64,000 nucleotides of DNA, taken from Candidatus Pelagibacterales bacterium. GTDB lineage: Bacteria; Pseudomonadota; Alphaproteobacteria; Pelagibacterales; AG-422-B15. Positions within the stretch are counted from its first letter, which is position 1; each line of letters begins with the position of its first letter. Where the stretch lies: the NCBI GenBank assembly GCA_029242795.1, contig JAQWTH010000024.1, forward strand, positions 33,192 to 97,191, given 5' to 3'. Shown piece by piece: positions 1 through 12,300 of the stretch. The notes under the pieces are model-generated. The model was not told where the DNA came from and did no database searches. It saw nothing but the letters and a program-made list of their open reading frames with translations. Position numbers and translations under genes: made by a program.

Positions 1-1
1 C

Positions 2-85
2 GCAATGGATAAAGGTGTTAGATTTGCTATTCGTGAAGGCGGTAGAACTGTTGGTTCTGGCGTTGTTACGGAAATAGTAGAATAA
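2..85 (+). CDS. tuf: Elongation factor Tu, last 27 codons (5' part lies outside the window)
   Basis: Frame 2 reads AMDKGVRFAIREGGRTVGSGVVTEIVE-stop, the conserved EF-Tu C-terminus. The frame is open to the window edge. Confidence 0.85.
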   Translation, partial: AMDKGVRFAIREGGRTVGSGVVTEIVE

Positions 86-89
86 CTGG

Positions 90-165
90 AGGAGTGTAGC
101 TCAACTGGTAGAGCACCGGTCTCCAAAACCGGGGGTTGGGGGTTCGAGTCCCTTCACTCCTGCCA
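90..165 (+). tRNA. trnW: tRNA-Trp (anticodon CCA), 3' CCA encoded
   Basis: Hand-folded cloverleaf: acceptor AGGAGTG/CACTCCT, D arm GCTC-AACTGGTA-GAGC, anticodon arm CCGGT-CTCCAAA-ACCGG, T loop TTCGAGT. Total 76 nt. Confidence 0.9.
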
Positions 166-183
166 TTTGACAACAAAAAGAAT

Positions 184-372
184 ATGAAGCCATTAAGATT
201 TTTACAAGAAGTCAGAAGAGAAGGTGGAAAAGTTACTTGGCCATCTTCTCGTGAAACTTTGACTGGTTCTATTATGGTAGTAATCATGGTAGCTATTGCA
301 TCAGTATTCTTTTTGATAATTGATCAGATTTTTAGTTTTGGTCTCGATAAAGTAATTGGAATTGGTATTTAG
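184..372 (+). CDS. secE: Preprotein translocase subunit SecE (62 aa, single TM)
   Basis: MKPLRFLQEVRREGGKVTWPS... followed by one hydrophobic helix. Canonical position between tRNA-Trp and nusG. The ATG at 184 is preferred over the ORF-track start at 136, which would overlap the tRNA. Confidence 0.8.
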   Translation: MKPLRFLQEVRREGGKVTWPSSRETLTGSIMVVIMVAIASVFFLIIDQIFSFGLDKVIGIGI

Positions 373-906
373 ATGTCTCATAAATGGTACATAGTTCACG
401 CCTATTCAGGCTTTGAAAAGAAAGTTGCAGCTTCAATTCTTGAGAAGGCTAAAACAAAGAATATGGAGGATCAATTTGATCAGATTATTGTTCCTACGGA
501 AGAAGTGGTTGAAGTTAAAAAAGGAAAAAAACGTAATGCCGAGAGAAAGTTTTTTCCTGGTTATGTACTAGCTAAAATGACGATGAATGATGCCACTTAT
601 CATTTAGTAAAAGATCTACCTAAAGTAAGCGGCTTTCTTGGCCAAACTAAAGGTCAACCTAGTCCTGTTTCTGAAAGTGAAATAAATAAGATTTTACAAG
701 ATATAGAAGAAGGTGTATCTAAGCCCAAACCTTCAGTTACTTTTGAGGTTGGTGAACAGGTCAGAGTAAGTGACGGGCCTTTTGCATCATTCAATGGGTT
801 AATTGAAGAAATTGATGAGGAGAGATCAAGAGTGAAAGTTTCAGTTTCAATTTTTGGAAGGTCAACTCCTGTTGAATTAGAATACACACAAGTTGAAAAA
901 GCATAG
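373..906 (+). CDS. nusG: Transcription termination/antitermination factor NusG
   Basis: [18 protein letters not shown] domain and C-terminal KOW motif ([16 protein letters not shown]). The start abuts the secE stop. Confidence 0.95.
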   Translation: MSHKWYIVHAYSGFEKKVAASILEKAKTKNMEDQFDQIIVPTEEVVEVKKGKKRNAERKFFPGYVLAKMTMNDATYHLVKDLPKVSGFLGQTKGQPSPVSESEINKILQDIEEGVSKPKPSVTFEVGEQVRVSDGPFASFNGLIEEIDEERSRVKVSVSIFGRSTPVELEYTQVEKA

Positions 907-914
907 AGATTTAT

Positions 915-1343
915 ATGGCTAAAGAAATAGATGGAAAACTAAAATTACAAGTTCCCGCTGGGCAGGCAAATCCGGCTCCACCTGTTGGCCCTGCATTAGG
1001 ACAACGTGGATTGAATATTATGGATTTTTGTAAAGTGTTTAATGACAAGAGCAAAGGTGAGCAACCTGGAGTAATGTTGCCAGTTGTTGTTACATATTAC
1101 ACAGATAAGAGTTTTACATTAGAAATAAAACTTCCTCCAGTAACGTTCCTTATTAAAGAGGCCTTAAAAATTAAGAAAGGCTCCAAAGAGCCTGGAAGAG
1201 ATATTATTAAAACAATATCCCAATCTCAGTGTAAAGAAATTGCAGAAAAAAAATTAAATGATTTAAATGCAAATACAGTTGATCAGGGGATGAAAATTGT
1301 CATGGGTTCTGCAAGATCTATGGGAATTGAGGTTACAAACTAG
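915..1343 (+). CDS. rplK: 50S ribosomal protein L11
   Basis: [33 protein letters not shown] signature. Confidence 0.97.
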   Translation: MAKEIDGKLKLQVPAGQANPAPPVGPALGQRGLNIMDFCKVFNDKSKGEQPGVMLPVVVTYYTDKSFTLEIKLPPVTFLIKEALKIKKGSKEPGRDIIKTISQSQCKEIAEKKLNDLNANTVDQGMKIVMGSARSMGIEVTN

Positions 1344-1346
1344 GTT

Positions 1347-2030
1347 ATGGGAAAAAGACTAAAAAAAATATTTGAAGAAAATTCATTTGATTCCTTATAT
1401 GCAGTTGATGAAGGTGCTGATCTAGCCATCAATACATCAACAGCAAAGTTTCAAGAAACTATTGATATATGTATAAACTTAAATATTGATCCTAAAAAAG
1501 GCGATCAGAACGTTAGAGGCAAAATGAGCCTTCCTATGAGTCTAGGTAAAACTGTGAAAGTATGTGTTATTGCAAAAGAAGAAAAACATCAAGAAGCCAA
1601 AGACGCTGGCGCAGACATAGTAGGTGGAGATGATCTAGTAGAAAAAATTGAAGGTGGTTTTTTAGATTTTGATAGATGTATATCAACTCCTGATATGATG
1701 CCAAAGGTTGGTAAGCTCGGAAAAGTATTAGGTCCCAGAAACTTAATGCCGAATCCAAAATTAGGAAGCGTTACAAATGATATTGTAAAAGCAGTTGAAG
1801 GTGCAAAGGCTGGAGAGATTGAGTACAAAAATAATGATACTCTTGTTCAAGCCGGTATTGCTAAATCAAATTTTTCAAAAGAAGATTTAGTGACAAATGT
1901 TAAGTTTTTTGTTGAGGTGATAAATAAGGAAAGACCTAGTGGAGTAAAAGGTGAGTTTATTAAAAAAGTTTCTATTAGTCCTACGATGGGACCAGGAATT
2001 AACATTGATTTAAATTCGGTTATTAGTTAA
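1347..2030 (+). CDS. rplA: 50S ribosomal protein L1
   Basis: L1-family sequence in the conserved rplK-rplA order. Confidence 0.95.
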   Translation: MGKRLKKIFEENSFDSLYAVDEGADLAINTSTAKFQETIDICINLNIDPKKGDQNVRGKMSLPMSLGKTVKVCVIAKEEKHQEAKDAGADIVGGDDLVEKIEGGFLDFDRCISTPDMMPKVGKLGKVLGPRNLMPNPKLGSVTNDIVKAVEGAKAGEIEYKNNDTLVQAGIAKSNFSKEDLVTNVKFFVEVINKERPSGVKGEFIKKVSISPTMGPGINIDLNSVIS

Positions 2031-2035
2031 TTAAT

Positions 2036-2542
2036 ATGAAAAGAGAAGCTAAAAAAGAATTCGTAGAAAATATTAAGAGTATTGTTAACGAAAACAATCT
2101 AATTCTTGTTTTTCATTATCGTGGTCTCTCAATGAGTGAAATGAGTGATTTAAGAGTTCAATCCTTTAATTCAGGTTCAAATATAAGAGTTACCAAAAAT
2201 AGACTCGCTAAAATTGCATTAGCTGATACAGACAAATCTGAGCTCTCAGATTTATTTGAAGGCCCTACTGCAATTGCATATTCAAATGATCCAGTCAATT
2301 TAACTAAACTGGTGACTAATTTTGCCAAGAATAACAGTAAGTTAGTTCTAGTTGGTGGAATCATGGACAAAGAGATATTAAGTGTTGAAAAAATTGAAAT
2401 TTTATCTAAATTGCCATCACTCGACGAGGCTAGAGCACAATTAATAGGACTTTTAAATACACCAGCGCAAAGAATAGCAGGAATACTATCTGTACCTTCT
2501 GGAAATCTTGCAAGAGTATTTAATGCATACGGACAACAGTAA
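2036..2542 (+). CDS. rplJ: 50S ribosomal protein L10
   Basis: L10-family sequence in the conserved rplA-rplJ-rplL order. Confidence 0.93.
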   Translation: MKREAKKEFVENIKSIVNENNLILVFHYRGLSMSEMSDLRVQSFNSGSNIRVTKNRLAKIALADTDKSELSDLFEGPTAIAYSNDPVNLTKLVTNFAKNNSKLVLVGGIMDKEILSVEKIEILSKLPSLDEARAQLIGLLNTPAQRIAGILSVPSGNLARVFNAYGQQ

Positions 2543-2566
2543 TTAGTTAAGAAAAGGAAAATAAAA

Positions 2567-2944
2567 ATGGCTGATCTTGAACAAATCGTAAATCAATTAT
2601 CTGATCTAACAGTAATTGAGGCTGCTGAACTATCAAAACTTTTAGAAGATAAATGGGGAGTATCCGCTGCTGCACCTGTAGCTGTTGCCGCTGCTGGTGG
2701 CGCACCTGCTGGAGAAGCTGCTGCAGAAGAAAAAGATGATTTCACTATTGTACTTGCTGCTGCAGGTGACAAGAAAATCAACGTTATTAAGGAAGTTAGA
2801 ACAATTACTGGTCTGGGTTTAAAAGAAGCAAAAGATTTAGTTGAAGGAGCACCAAAAGAACTTAAGACTGGTGTTTCAAAAGACGATGCTAATGCTTTCA
2901 AAGAAAAACTTGAAGCAGCTGGCGCAACTGTAGAACTTAAATAA
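2567..2944 (+). CDS. rplL: 50S ribosomal protein L7/L12
   Basis: Ala-rich hinge plus [28 protein letters not shown]-terminal domain. Confidence 0.97.
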   Translation: MADLEQIVNQLSDLTVIEAAELSKLLEDKWGVSAAAPVAVAAAGGAPAGEAAAEEKDDFTIVLAAAGDKKINVIKEVRTITGLGLKEAKDLVEGAPKELKTGVSKDDANAFKEKLEAAGATVELK

Positions 2945-2964
2945 CTTAAGAAAATTTTTTTCAA

Positions 2965-2990
2965 TGGTTTGTTTTTTAGCAAACTATTTT
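2965..2990 (+). terminator. Weak hairpin plus T-run between rplL and rpoB (possible attenuator)
   Basis: TGGTTTGT (2965-2972) can pair with GCAAACTA (2979-2986), including two G-U pairs, with loop TTTTTA. TTTT follows at 2987-2990. The stem is AU-rich and weak. Confidence 0.3.
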
Positions 2991-3007
2991 AGGGCGAGTA
3001 TATATTA

Positions 3008-6000
3008 ATGGTTAATACACTATCTTTTACTGATAAAAAAAGAGTTAGAAAAAACTTTGGTAAGTTAAAAGAAGTATCAAAATTTCCCAATTTAATAGAA
3101 ATTCAAAAAAACTCATACGATGAGTTTCTTCTTGAAAATGAAAACTCCTCAAGTCGTGAAGACAAAGGACTGCAAAAGGTATTTAAAAGTGTTTTTCCTT
3201 TAGAAGATTTTTCGGGCTCTGCAAGAATTGAATTTATAGATTATAACTTTCAGAAACCTAAGTTTGACGTTGATGAATGTCGTCAAAGAGACAAGACTTA
3301 TGCCGCTCCATTAAATGTGAAGTTAAGACTTATTGTTTTTGATATCGATGAAGAAACTGAAACTAGAACTGTAAAAGATATTAAAGAACAAGAAATTTAC
3401 TTATGTGATTTACCCTTGATGACTGAAAAGGGAACTTTTATCACTAACGGCACTGAAAGAGTTGTAGTTAGTCAAATGCACAGAAGTCCAGGTGTATTTT
3501 TTGACCATGATAACGGAAAGACTCATTCAAGTGGGAAATTACTTTTTGGTGCTAGAGTAATACCTTATCGCGGTTCTTGGTTAGATATAGAATTTGATCA
3601 CAAAGATATTCTATATTGTAGAATTGATAGAAAAAAGAAAATATTAGTTACATCTTTTCTAATGTCCATGGGTATTAAAAGAGATGAAATTCTTAAACTA
3701 TTTTATAACATTGAAGAATTTTCAATTGATAAAAAATCAAACAAATGGAAAGTATCTTTCAATCCTAAAAACATAAAAACTGGTAAACTGCAAAAGAATC
3801 TAATTAATGCATCTGATGGAAAGGTTGCAATTAAACAGGGTACTAAGATCAATCCCGCAATAGCTCAAAAACTATTTAAAGATGGGTTAAAAAATATTTT
3901 AATTGAGGAAGATGATTTAATTGGAAAATTTATTGCAGAAGATCTCATTAACGAGACTACTGGAGAAATCTATTGTGAAGCATCAGATGAAATAACACCT
4001 GAATTATTAGAAAAATTTCAAGAACTTAAAGTAACTAAGCTTCCTATACTTGAGGTTGATGGTATTAATGTTGGTTCATTTATTAGAGACACACTAAGAC
4101 TAGATAAAAATCTAACTCCAGAAGATGCGGTCGTAGAAATTTATAAGGTTTTAAGACCAGGAGAGCCACCAAATTTAGAAGCCGCTTTTGATGTATTCAA
4201 TTCATTATTCTTCAAAACAGATAAATATGATCTATCTGATGTAGGAAGAGTAAAAATGAATTACAGACTTTCTCTTGATTGCCCTGATACGACGACTGTT
4301 TTAAGAAGTGAAGATGTAATTTCTGTCATACAAATGGTTACGGACTTAAGAACAGGCAAGGGAGAAGTTGATGATATTGATCACTTAGGAAATAGAAGAG
4401 TAAGATCAGTAGGCGAACTAGTCGAAAACCAATTCAGAATGGGATTGGTGAGAATGGAAAGATCTATTAAAGAAAGAATGAACTCTCTTGAAGTAGATGC
4501 ATCAACGCCTCAGGATATTATCAACGCAAAGCCTCTTGTAGCTTCATTAAAAGAATTTTTTGGAACATCGCAGCTTTCACAGTTTATGGATCAAACAAAT
4601 CCACTTGCTGAGATAACTCATAAAAGAAGGCTATCTGCTCTAGGACCAGGCGGTTTGAGTAGAGAAAGAGCTGGATTTGAAGTCAGGGATGTTCACCCAA
4701 CTCATTATGGAAGGATCTGTCCTATTGAAACTCCAGAAGGACCAAATATTGGACTTATAAACAGCTTGGCCTCACATGCCAGAGTGAACAAGTATGGGTT
4801 TATTGAGAGCCCATATAGAAAAGTGGTTAATGGTAAAGTTACAGATGAAATAGAATATTTGCCTGCGATGGAAGAGTCAAACTTCACAATTGCTCAGGCT
4901 AACTCAATTATTAATTCCAAGGGGATGTTTGAAACAAAACTAGTTTCTTGCCGAAGAGATGGAGATTTTGTAATGACAAATTCTGAGGAAATTGACTTTA
5001 TGGATGTTTCACCTAAACAAGTTGTTTCATGTGCAGCATCTCTAATACCATTCTTAGAAAACGATGATGCAAACAGAGCCTTAATGGGCAGCAATATGAT
5101 GCGTCAGGCAGTACCATTAATTCAAGCTGAGTCACCTCTAGTAGGAACAGGTGTAGAAAAAACAGTAGCTATTGACTCAGGGGTTACAATTATCGCCAAA
5201 AGAGACGGTATTGTTGATAAGATTGATGGCAAAAGAATTGTTGTAAGAGTTACAAAAAATATTAGCTCTACTGAGTCTGGTGTAGATATCTACACTCTTC
5301 AAAAGTTTCAAAGATCAAATCAGAGCACATGTATAAATCAAAGACCGCTTGTAAAGGTTGGAGATAAAGTTTCACAAGGGGATATTATTGCAGATGGCCC
5401 ATCAACTCATTTAGGTGAATTGGGCTTAGGAAGAAATGTTGTGGTAGCATTTATGCCTTGGAGAGGCTATAACTTTGAGGATTCAATTTTAATTTCAGAA
5501 AAAATAGTTCAAGAAGATAAGTTCACTTCAATTCATATTGAAGAATTTGAAGTTATGTCTCGAGATACAAAGCTTGGGTCTGAAGAAATTACAAGAGATA
5601 TTCCAAATGTAGGCGATGAAATGCTCTCTAATTTGGATGAAGCTGGCATTGTATATGTTGGAGCTGATGTTAGCCCGGGAGATATTTTAGTTGGTAAAGT
5701 TACACCTAAAGGAGAAAGCCCCGTAACCCCTGAAGAAAAATTATTAAGAGCTATATTTGGTGAAAAATCTACTGATGTTAAAGACACTTCATTGAGATTA
5801 CCACCGGGATCTGATGGCACGATAGTTGATGTAAAAGTATTTAATAGATATGGAATTGAAAAAGATGATAGGGCACTTGCAATAGAACGTGAGGAAATTG
5901 AAAAGCTTGCTGATGACAGAGAGGCTGAGTTAGGGATTTTAAATAGGAACACTAAAACAAGACTTATCACCCTGATTGATAGTAAAAGTGTTATAAGTAC

Positions 6001-7111
6001 ACCCGAAGATATTGAGAAAAAGTCTACATTTAATAAAAGTGATTTAGAAAACTCAAAACTAGATAGTATATGGAAAATTGAGCTTCAAAAAGACAACGAT
6101 AAAGAACAGATTTCTAATTTAAGAAAACAGTATGAAGTAACACGAACTAATATACAGAGCACATTTGATAATAAAGTTGATAAGGTACAGCGTGGAGATG
6201 AGTTGTTACCGGGTGTTATGAAAATGGTAAAAGTTTTTGTTGCCGTTAAGAGAAAACTTCAGCCTGGCGACAAGATGGCTGGAAGACACGGGAATAAAGG
6301 GGTTATAAGTAAAATTAATCCTGTAGAAGACATGCCCTATTTAGAAGATGGCAGAACTGTTGATATTGTATTAAATCCACTTGGTGTTCCAAGTCGAATG
6401 AATGTTGGCCAAATTCTTGAAACACATCTTGGTTGGGCGTGTAAAGGTATTGGAGATATGATTAATAAGTCTCTTATAAAATATAAGCAGAACAATGATC
6501 AAAAAAGTTTTGATGAAAGCCTTAAAAAAGTTTATGGACCTGATCAATACGATAATGAAATATCGAAATTGACTTCTCCAGAAAAGATTGAGCTAGTACA
6601 AAACCTTACAAATGGAGTTCCAATAAAGACACCAGTTTTTGATGGTGCTTTGGAGTCAGAAATTACAACTATGTTAGAGGATGCTGGTTTTGATAAGAGT
6701 GGGCAAACTGATCTGTGGGATGGAAGATCTGGTGAAAAATTTGAGAGAAAAGTTACAGTAGGTGTGATTTATATGCTTAAATTGCATCATTTAGTTGATG
6801 ATAAAATTCATGCTAGATCTATTGGACCATATAGTCTTGTTACTCAACAACCTCTTGGTGGAAAAGCTCAATTTGGTGGCCAAAGATTTGGAGAAATGGA
6901 AGTTTGGGCGCTCGAAGCTTATGGAGCAGCTTATACTCTTCAAGAAATCTTAACTGTTAAATCTGATGATGTTGCCGGTAGAACAAAGGTTTATGAAACT
7001 ATAATTCGTGGCGAAGATGTATTCCAATCTGGAACACCTGAGTCATTTAATGTTTTAATGAAAGAAATAAGATCTCTTGGTTTAAATATAGAATTATCAA
7101 ATCTAAATTAG
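3008..7111 (+). CDS. rpoB: DNA-directed RNA polymerase beta subunit
   Basis: 1367 aa with conserved blocks such as [27 protein letters not shown] and [13 protein letters not shown]-like sequence. Confidence 0.99.
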   Translation: MVNTLSFTDKKRVRKNFGKLKEVSKFPNLIEIQKNSYDEFLLENENSSSREDKGLQKVFKSVFPLEDFSGSARIEFIDYNFQKPKFDVDECRQRDKTYAAPLNVKLRLIVFDIDEETETRTVKDIKEQEIYLCDLPLMTEKGTFITNGTERVVVSQMHRSPGVFFDHDNGKTHSSGKLLFGARVIPYRGSWLDIEFDHKDILYCRIDRKKKILVTSFLMSMGIKRDEILKLFYNIEEFSIDKKSNKWKVSFNPKNIKTGKLQKNLINASDGKVAIKQGTKINPAIAQKLFKDGLKNILIEEDDLIGKFIAEDLINETTGEIYCEASDEITPELLEKFQELKVTKLPILEVDGINVGSFIRDTLRLDKNLTPEDAVVEIYKVLRPGEPPNLEAAFDVFNSLFFKTDKYDLSDVGRVKMNYRLSLDCPDTTTVLRSEDVISVIQMVTDLRTGKGEVDDIDHLGNRRVRSVGELVENQFRMGLVRMERSIKERMNSLEVDASTPQDIINAKPLVASLKEFFGTSQLSQFMDQTNPLAEITHKRRLSALGPGGLSRERAGFEVRDVHPTHYGRICPIETPEGPNIGLINSLASHARVNKYGFIESPYRKVVNGKVTDEIEYLPAMEESNFTIAQANSIINSKGMFETKLVSCRRDGDFVMTNSEEIDFMDVSPKQVVSCAASLIPFLENDDANRALMGSNMMRQAVPLIQAESPLVGTGVEKTVAIDSGVTIIAKRDGIVDKIDGKRIVVRVTKNISSTESGVDIYTLQKFQRSNQSTCINQRPLVKVGDKVSQGDIIADGPSTHLGELGLGRNVVVAFMPWRGYNFEDSILISEKIVQEDKFTSIHIEEFEVMSRDTKLGSEEITRDIPNVGDEMLSNLDEAGIVYVGADVSPGDILVGKVTPKGESPVTPEEKLLRAIFGEKSTDVKDTSLRLPPGSDGTIVDVKVFNRYGIEKDDRALAIEREEIEKLADDREAELGILNRNTKTRLITLIDSKSVISTPEDIEKKSTFNKSDLENSKLDSIWKIELQKDNDKEQISNLRKQYEVTRTNIQSTFDNKVDKVQRGDELLPGVMKMVKVFVAVKRKLQPGDKMAGRHGNKGVISKINPVEDMPYLEDGRTVDIVLNPLGVPSRMNVGQILETHLGWACKGIGDMINKSLIKYKQNNDQKSFDESLKKVYGPDQYDNEISKLTSPEKIELVQNLTNGVPIKTPVFDGALESEITTMLEDAGFDKSGQTDLWDGRSGEKFERKVTVGVIYMLKLHHLVDDKIHARSIGPYSLVTQQPLGGKAQFGGQRFGEMEVWALEAYGAAYTLQEILTVKSDDVAGRTKVYETIIRGEDVFQSGTPESFNVLMKEIRSLGLNIELSNLN

Positions 7112-7129
7112 AAAGTAGATAGTAAATAT

Positions 7130-10100
7130 ATGTCACAATCTTTAATGAATATTTTTAACCCTACAGCTTCAAGGGATGATTTTAATCAAATTAAAATTGC
7201 GATAGCAAGTCCTGAAAGAATTCTTTCTTGGTCATATGGTGATATTAAGAAACCTGAGACAATTAATTATAGAACTTTTAAGCCTGAGCGAGATGGCTTA
7301 TTTTGCGCAAGAATATTTGGACCCGTGAAAGATTACGAGTGTCTTTGTGGAAAATATAAAAGGATGAAATTTAAGGGTATTATTTGTGAAAAATGTGGAG
7401 TTGAGGTTACTAAAAAAGATGTAAGAAGAGAACGAATGGGTCATATTCAATTGGCTGCACCTGTTGCGCATATTTGGTTTCTAAAGTCCTTACCAAGTAG
7501 AATAGCCTTAATGATGGATATGAAGCTTAAAGATTTAGAGAAGGTCCTCTACTTTGAGAAATTCATGGTAACAGAGCCTGGTCTAACTCCATTAGAGCAG
7601 AATCAATTGCTTGATGAAGAGGAATTAGAAGCAGCAAAAGAAGAATATGGTGAAGATGGATTTTCTGCTGGTATTGGCGCCGAAGCTGTAAGAAAGGTAT
7701 TAGAAAGAATTGTTCTAGTCGATGAACTAGAGGCTCTTAAGAACAAGTTAGAAGGAACCAAAGCGGTTGCGCTCTCAGAAAAACTTGTAAAACGAATAAA
7801 GATATTTGAAGCATTTATCTCTTCTGGAAATAGGCCTGAATGGATGATACTCACATGCATACCGGTTATTCCACCTGAATTAAGACCACTTGTTCCACTT
7901 GATGGTGGAAGATTTGCATCTTCAGATCTTAATGACTTATACAGAAGAGTAATAAATAGAAACAATCGATTATCTCGACTAATGGAACTAAGAGCTCCTG
8001 ATATCATTATCAGAAATGAGAAGAGAATGCTTCAAGAGTCTGTTGATGCGCTTTTTGACAATGGAAGAAGAGGAAGAGTGATTACTGGTACCAATAAAAG
8101 ACCTTTAAAATCTCTAGCTGAAATGTTGAAAGGTAAACAAGGTAGGTTCAGACAGAATCTTCTGGGGAAACGAGTAGATTATTCTGGTAGATCAGTGATT
8201 GTGGTGGGGCCTGAGTTAAAACTTCACCAATGTGGACTTCCAAAGAAAATGGCAATTGAATTATTTAAACCATTTATTTATGCAAGATTAGAGGCACTTG
8301 GTCTGGCTACTACTTTAAAGCAAGCAAAAAAAATGGTTGAAAAAGAAAGACCAGAGGTTTGGGATGTTCTTGATAGAGTTATTAGAGAGCATCCAGTAAT
8401 TTTAAATAGAGCGCCTACACTGCACCGTCTAGGAGTACAAGCATTTGAACCAATTCTTATTGAGGGAAAAGCTATTCAATTACACCCATTGGTATGTACC
8501 GCATTCAACGCAGACTTCGATGGCGACCAAATGGCTGTACATGTACCTCTTAGTTTAGAAGCTCAATTAGAGGCAAGAGTTCTAATGATGTCTACAAATA
8601 ATATTCTTAACCCTGCTAATGGAAAACCTGTAATTGTTCCAAGTCAGGATATTGTTTTGGGCATATACTATGTTTCTCAAGAAAAGGAAAATGAGCCAGG
8701 TGAAGGATCAGTTTATAAAGACTTTAATGAAATTGAACAAGCGCTTGAAAACAAAGCTGTTACCCTTCATGCCAAAGTTAAAGCCAGGATTAGCGTTTTG
8801 AATTCTGAAGGAGTTGCAGAAAATAAAAGAGTAGATACAACTCCAGGAAGAATGATGCTTTGGAATTTACTTCCTAGACATAAAGATCTTGATCACAAAC
8901 TCATTAATCGTCTTATTACAAAAAAAGAATTATCTCAGCTAATTGATATTGTTTATAGATATTGTGGACAAAAAGAAACGGTCCTATTTGCTGATCAAAT
9001 TAAGGCGCTAGGATTCAACTATGCTTACAAAGCGGGAATATCATTTGGAAAAGATGATATGATAATTCCATCATCAAAAGATAACCTAGTTGATGAAACT
9101 ACTCTACAGGTTGAAAAGTATGAAAAGCAATATAATGATGGATTAATAACAAATAGAGAAAAATATAATAAAGTTATTGATGCTTGGGCAAAATGTACTG
9201 ATAAGGTTGCTCAGGAAATGATGAACGAAATCTCGTCAGTTAAAATTGACGAAGAGTCGAAAAGGGAAAAGCCGATAAATTCAATTTACATGATGGCTAA
9301 TTCTGGGGCCAGGGGATCTGCAGCTCAAATGAAACAACTTTCTGGTATGCGTGGACTTATGGCTAAGCCATCAGGAGATATCATCGAGACTCCTATAATT
9401 TCAAATTTTAAGGAAGGGCTTAATGTACTTGAGTACTTTAATTCAACTCACGGTGCAAGAAAAGGTCTTGCTGATACTGCTCTTAAAACGGCTAACTCTG
9501 GATACTTAACAAGAAGACTATGTGATGTAGCACAAGATTGTACTATTACAGAAGAGGACTGTGGAACTATAAATGGAGTTTGGGCGTCAGATGTTGTTGA
9601 AGGTGGTGAAGTAATTGTTTCAATTTCTGATAGGATTCTTGGTAGATTCTTACAAGAAAATTTAAAACACCCTATTACTAGTGAAGTGATTGGAAGTAAA
9701 GATGACTATATTGATGAGGGTCTGGCTGACAAAATTGAATCAGCTGGCATACAGAAAGTCTATATTAGGTCAGCTTTAACTTGTGACTCAAAGCGTGGTA
9801 TGTGCGTTAAGTGTTACGGTAGAGATTTAGCGAGAGGTTTCTTGGTTAATATTGGTGAGGCAGTTGGGATGATTGCTGCTCAATCAATTGGTGAACCTGG
9901 TACTCAATTGACAATGAGAACGTTCCATATTGGTGGAGCAGCGCAGATTAATGACCAGTCATTTATCGAAATTAACACTGATGGAATATTTAAAATACTG
10001 AATAAAAATACTGTTGAAGACTCTAATAATAATCTGATTGTAATGGGTCGAAATTGTGAAGTTGCGATTCAAGATGAAAATGGTAGAGAATTAGCTAATT

Positions 10101-11320
10101 ACAAAGTACCTTATGGTACTAAAATATTAGTTAATGAAGACTCAGAGGTCAAAGCTGGAACAAAAATTTGTGAATGGGATCCATTTACCAACCCTGTTAT
10201 TTCTGAAAAATCTGGTTTTGCCAATTATGTTGATATGGAAGAAGGCATTTCATTAATTGAAGAAACTGAAGAACAAACGGGCCTTACTTATACAAAAGTT
10301 AAAGATTGGAAATCTGACGCAAAAGGCGCAGATCTTAAACCGAGAATAACTTTACGTGATTCAAAAGGTGAAGTTATACTTTTAGCAAACGATAATGAAG
10401 CACGTTATTTCCTTCCTCCTGACTCAATTCTTTCAGTTGCAGATGGTGCTGAAGTGCATGCGGGTGATATTTTGGCAAGGACTCCAAAAGCAGGTACAAA
10501 AAATAAAGATATTACAGGTGGACTTCCTCGTGTAGCAGAATTATTTGAAGCTAGAAAACCAAAAGACCTTGCAATTATTGCTGAGTGCTCAGGTATTATC
10601 TCTTTTGGAAAAGATATTAGAGGTAAACAAAAAGTAATAGTTACACCTGAGGATGGAGCAGATCCAGTTGAATTTTTAATTCCTAAAGGTAAACATATTT
10701 CCTATCAAGAGGGTGAGAAAATTGAAAAAGGAGATTATTTATTAGCTGGTAACCCTGATCCACACGATATATTAGAAATTCTTGGTATTGAAGCTCTCGC
10801 TGATTACTTAATTAATGAGGTACAAGATGTGTATCGTTTACAAGGTGTTTTGATTAATGATAAACATATTGAAGTTCTCTGTCGTCAAATGCTTCAAAAA
10901 ATTCATGTTGTAGACTCAGGTGATAGTAACTTCTTGTCAAGTGAGGAAATTGATCGTTATGAATTCTTAACAGTTAATGAACAACTTAAGTCTGAAGGAA
11001 AAAAAGAAGCCTTAGGTAAACCAGTTCTGCTTGGTATAACAAAGGCATCTCTACTGACAAGATCATTTATTTCAGCGGCATCATTTCAAGAAACAACAAG
11101 GATTCTTACAGATGCTTCTATAAAAGGCAAAGTTGACAGACTGGAAGGTTTAAAAGAAAATGTTATTGTAGGAAGATTAATACCAGCTGGAACAGGTAGA
11201 ACATTTGCTCAAATAGAAAATAAGGCTAAAAACCTCGATAAAGAGGCTAAATTGGAAATTGAGGCTATGCAGGCTCAAAAGGATGCGGAATCTGCAGAAA
11301 TACAGGAAAATTCTCAATAA
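7130..11320 (+). CDS. rpoC: DNA-directed RNA polymerase beta' subunit
   Basis: 1396 aa with the N-terminal zinc-ribbon Cys motif ([20 protein letters not shown]) and the catalytic NADFDGD motif. Confidence 0.99.
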   Translation: MSQSLMNIFNPTASRDDFNQIKIAIASPERILSWSYGDIKKPETINYRTFKPERDGLFCARIFGPVKDYECLCGKYKRMKFKGIICEKCGVEVTKKDVRRERMGHIQLAAPVAHIWFLKSLPSRIALMMDMKLKDLEKVLYFEKFMVTEPGLTPLEQNQLLDEEELEAAKEEYGEDGFSAGIGAEAVRKVLERIVLVDELEALKNKLEGTKAVALSEKLVKRIKIFEAFISSGNRPEWMILTCIPVIPPELRPLVPLDGGRFASSDLNDLYRRVINRNNRLSRLMELRAPDIIIRNEKRMLQESVDALFDNGRRGRVITGTNKRPLKSLAEMLKGKQGRFRQNLLGKRVDYSGRSVIVVGPELKLHQCGLPKKMAIELFKPFIYARLEALGLATTLKQAKKMVEKERPEVWDVLDRVIREHPVILNRAPTLHRLGVQAFEPILIEGKAIQLHPLVCTAFNADFDGDQMAVHVPLSLEAQLEARVLMMSTNNILNPANGKPVIVPSQDIVLGIYYVSQEKENEPGEGSVYKDFNEIEQALENKAVTLHAKVKARISVLNSEGVAENKRVDTTPGRMMLWNLLPRHKDLDHKLINRLITKKELSQLIDIVYRYCGQKETVLFADQIKALGFNYAYKAGISFGKDDMIIPSSKDNLVDETTLQVEKYEKQYNDGLITNREKYNKVIDAWAKCTDKVAQEMMNEISSVKIDEESKREKPINSIYMMANSGARGSAAQMKQLSGMRGLMAKPSGDIIETPIISNFKEGLNVLEYFNSTHGARKGLADTALKTANSGYLTRRLCDVAQDCTITEEDCGTINGVWASDVVEGGEVIVSISDRILGRFLQENLKHPITSEVIGSKDDYIDEGLADKIESAGIQKVYIRSALTCDSKRGMCVKCYGRDLARGFLVNIGEAVGMIAAQSIGEPGTQLTMRTFHIGGAAQINDQSFIEINTDGIFKILNKNTVEDSNNNLIVMGRNCEVAIQDENGRELANYKVPYGTKILVNEDSEVKAGTKICEWDPFTNPVISEKSGFANYVDMEEGISLIEETEEQTGLTYTKVKDWKSDAKGADLKPRITLRDSKGEVILLANDNEARYFLPPDSILSVADGAEVHAGDILARTPKAGTKNKDITGGLPRVAELFEARKPKDLAIIAECSGIISFGKDIRGKQKVIVTPEDGADPVEFLIPKGKHISYQEGEKIEKGDYLLAGNPDPHDILEILGIEALADYLINEVQDVYRLQGVLINDKHIEVLCRQMLQKIHVVDSGDSNFLSSEEIDRYEFLTVNEQLKSEGKKEALGKPVLLGITKASLLTRSFISAASFQETTRILTDASIKGKVDRLEGLKENVIVGRLIPAGTGRTFAQIENKAKNLDKEAKLEIEAMQAQKDAESAEIQENSQ

Positions 11321-11326
11321 ATTCTA

Positions 11327-11354
11327 TTGACGTTAGTCCTCGATTAAGTATATT
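11327..11354 (+). promoter_or_regulatory. Candidate sigma70-type promoter for the rpsL-rpsG-fusA and downstream clusters
   Basis: TTGACG (11327-11332), 16-nt spacer, TATATT (11349-11354). It lies in the 129-nt rpoC-rpsL spacer, the largest spacer in the first 32 kb. Confidence 0.45.
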
Positions 11355-11369
11355 ACGGCAATCTTAAAT

Positions 11370-11403
11370 AGTAGGCGGTAGAGAGATCTAAACGCTACTT
11401 TTT
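11370..11403 (+). terminator. Hairpin plus T-run in the rpoC-rpsL spacer (rpoC terminator or str-leader attenuator)
   Basis: AGTAGGCG (11370-11377) pairs with CGCTACT (11393-11399): 7 bp with one bulged G and a 15-nt loop. TTTT follows at 11400-11403. It lies downstream of the candidate promoter. Confidence 0.3.
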
Positions 11404-11449
11404 ATAAAGTTTTTAATAATTGTTTTTTGATTTAACTAGGAGTCAAGTT

Positions 11450-12294
<845 letters not shown>

Positions 12295-12300
12295 AATAAT

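Noticed and set aside
167-172. Perfect TTGACA immediately after tRNA-Trp
   Set aside because: No acceptable -10 hexamer follows at 15-19 nt, and the secE ATG is only 12 nt downstream. It is probably fortuitous in AT-rich DNA.
66-287. 73-aa minus-strand ORF spanning tRNA-Trp and the secE start
   Set aside because: It lies antisense to a well-folded tRNA and a conserved gene. It has no recognisable family or RBS, so it is a chance ORF.
2593-2982. 129-aa ORF antisense to rplL
   Set aside because: It is produced by the GCN/Ala-rich codon run of L7/L12 read on the opposite strand, giving an Ala/Ser-rich low-complexity product. This is a typical shadow ORF.
5533-8007. 145-aa and 134-aa ORFs antisense to rpoB and rpoC
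   Set aside because: They are Ser/Leu-rich low-complexity translations fully nested in highly conserved genes, with no independent signals.
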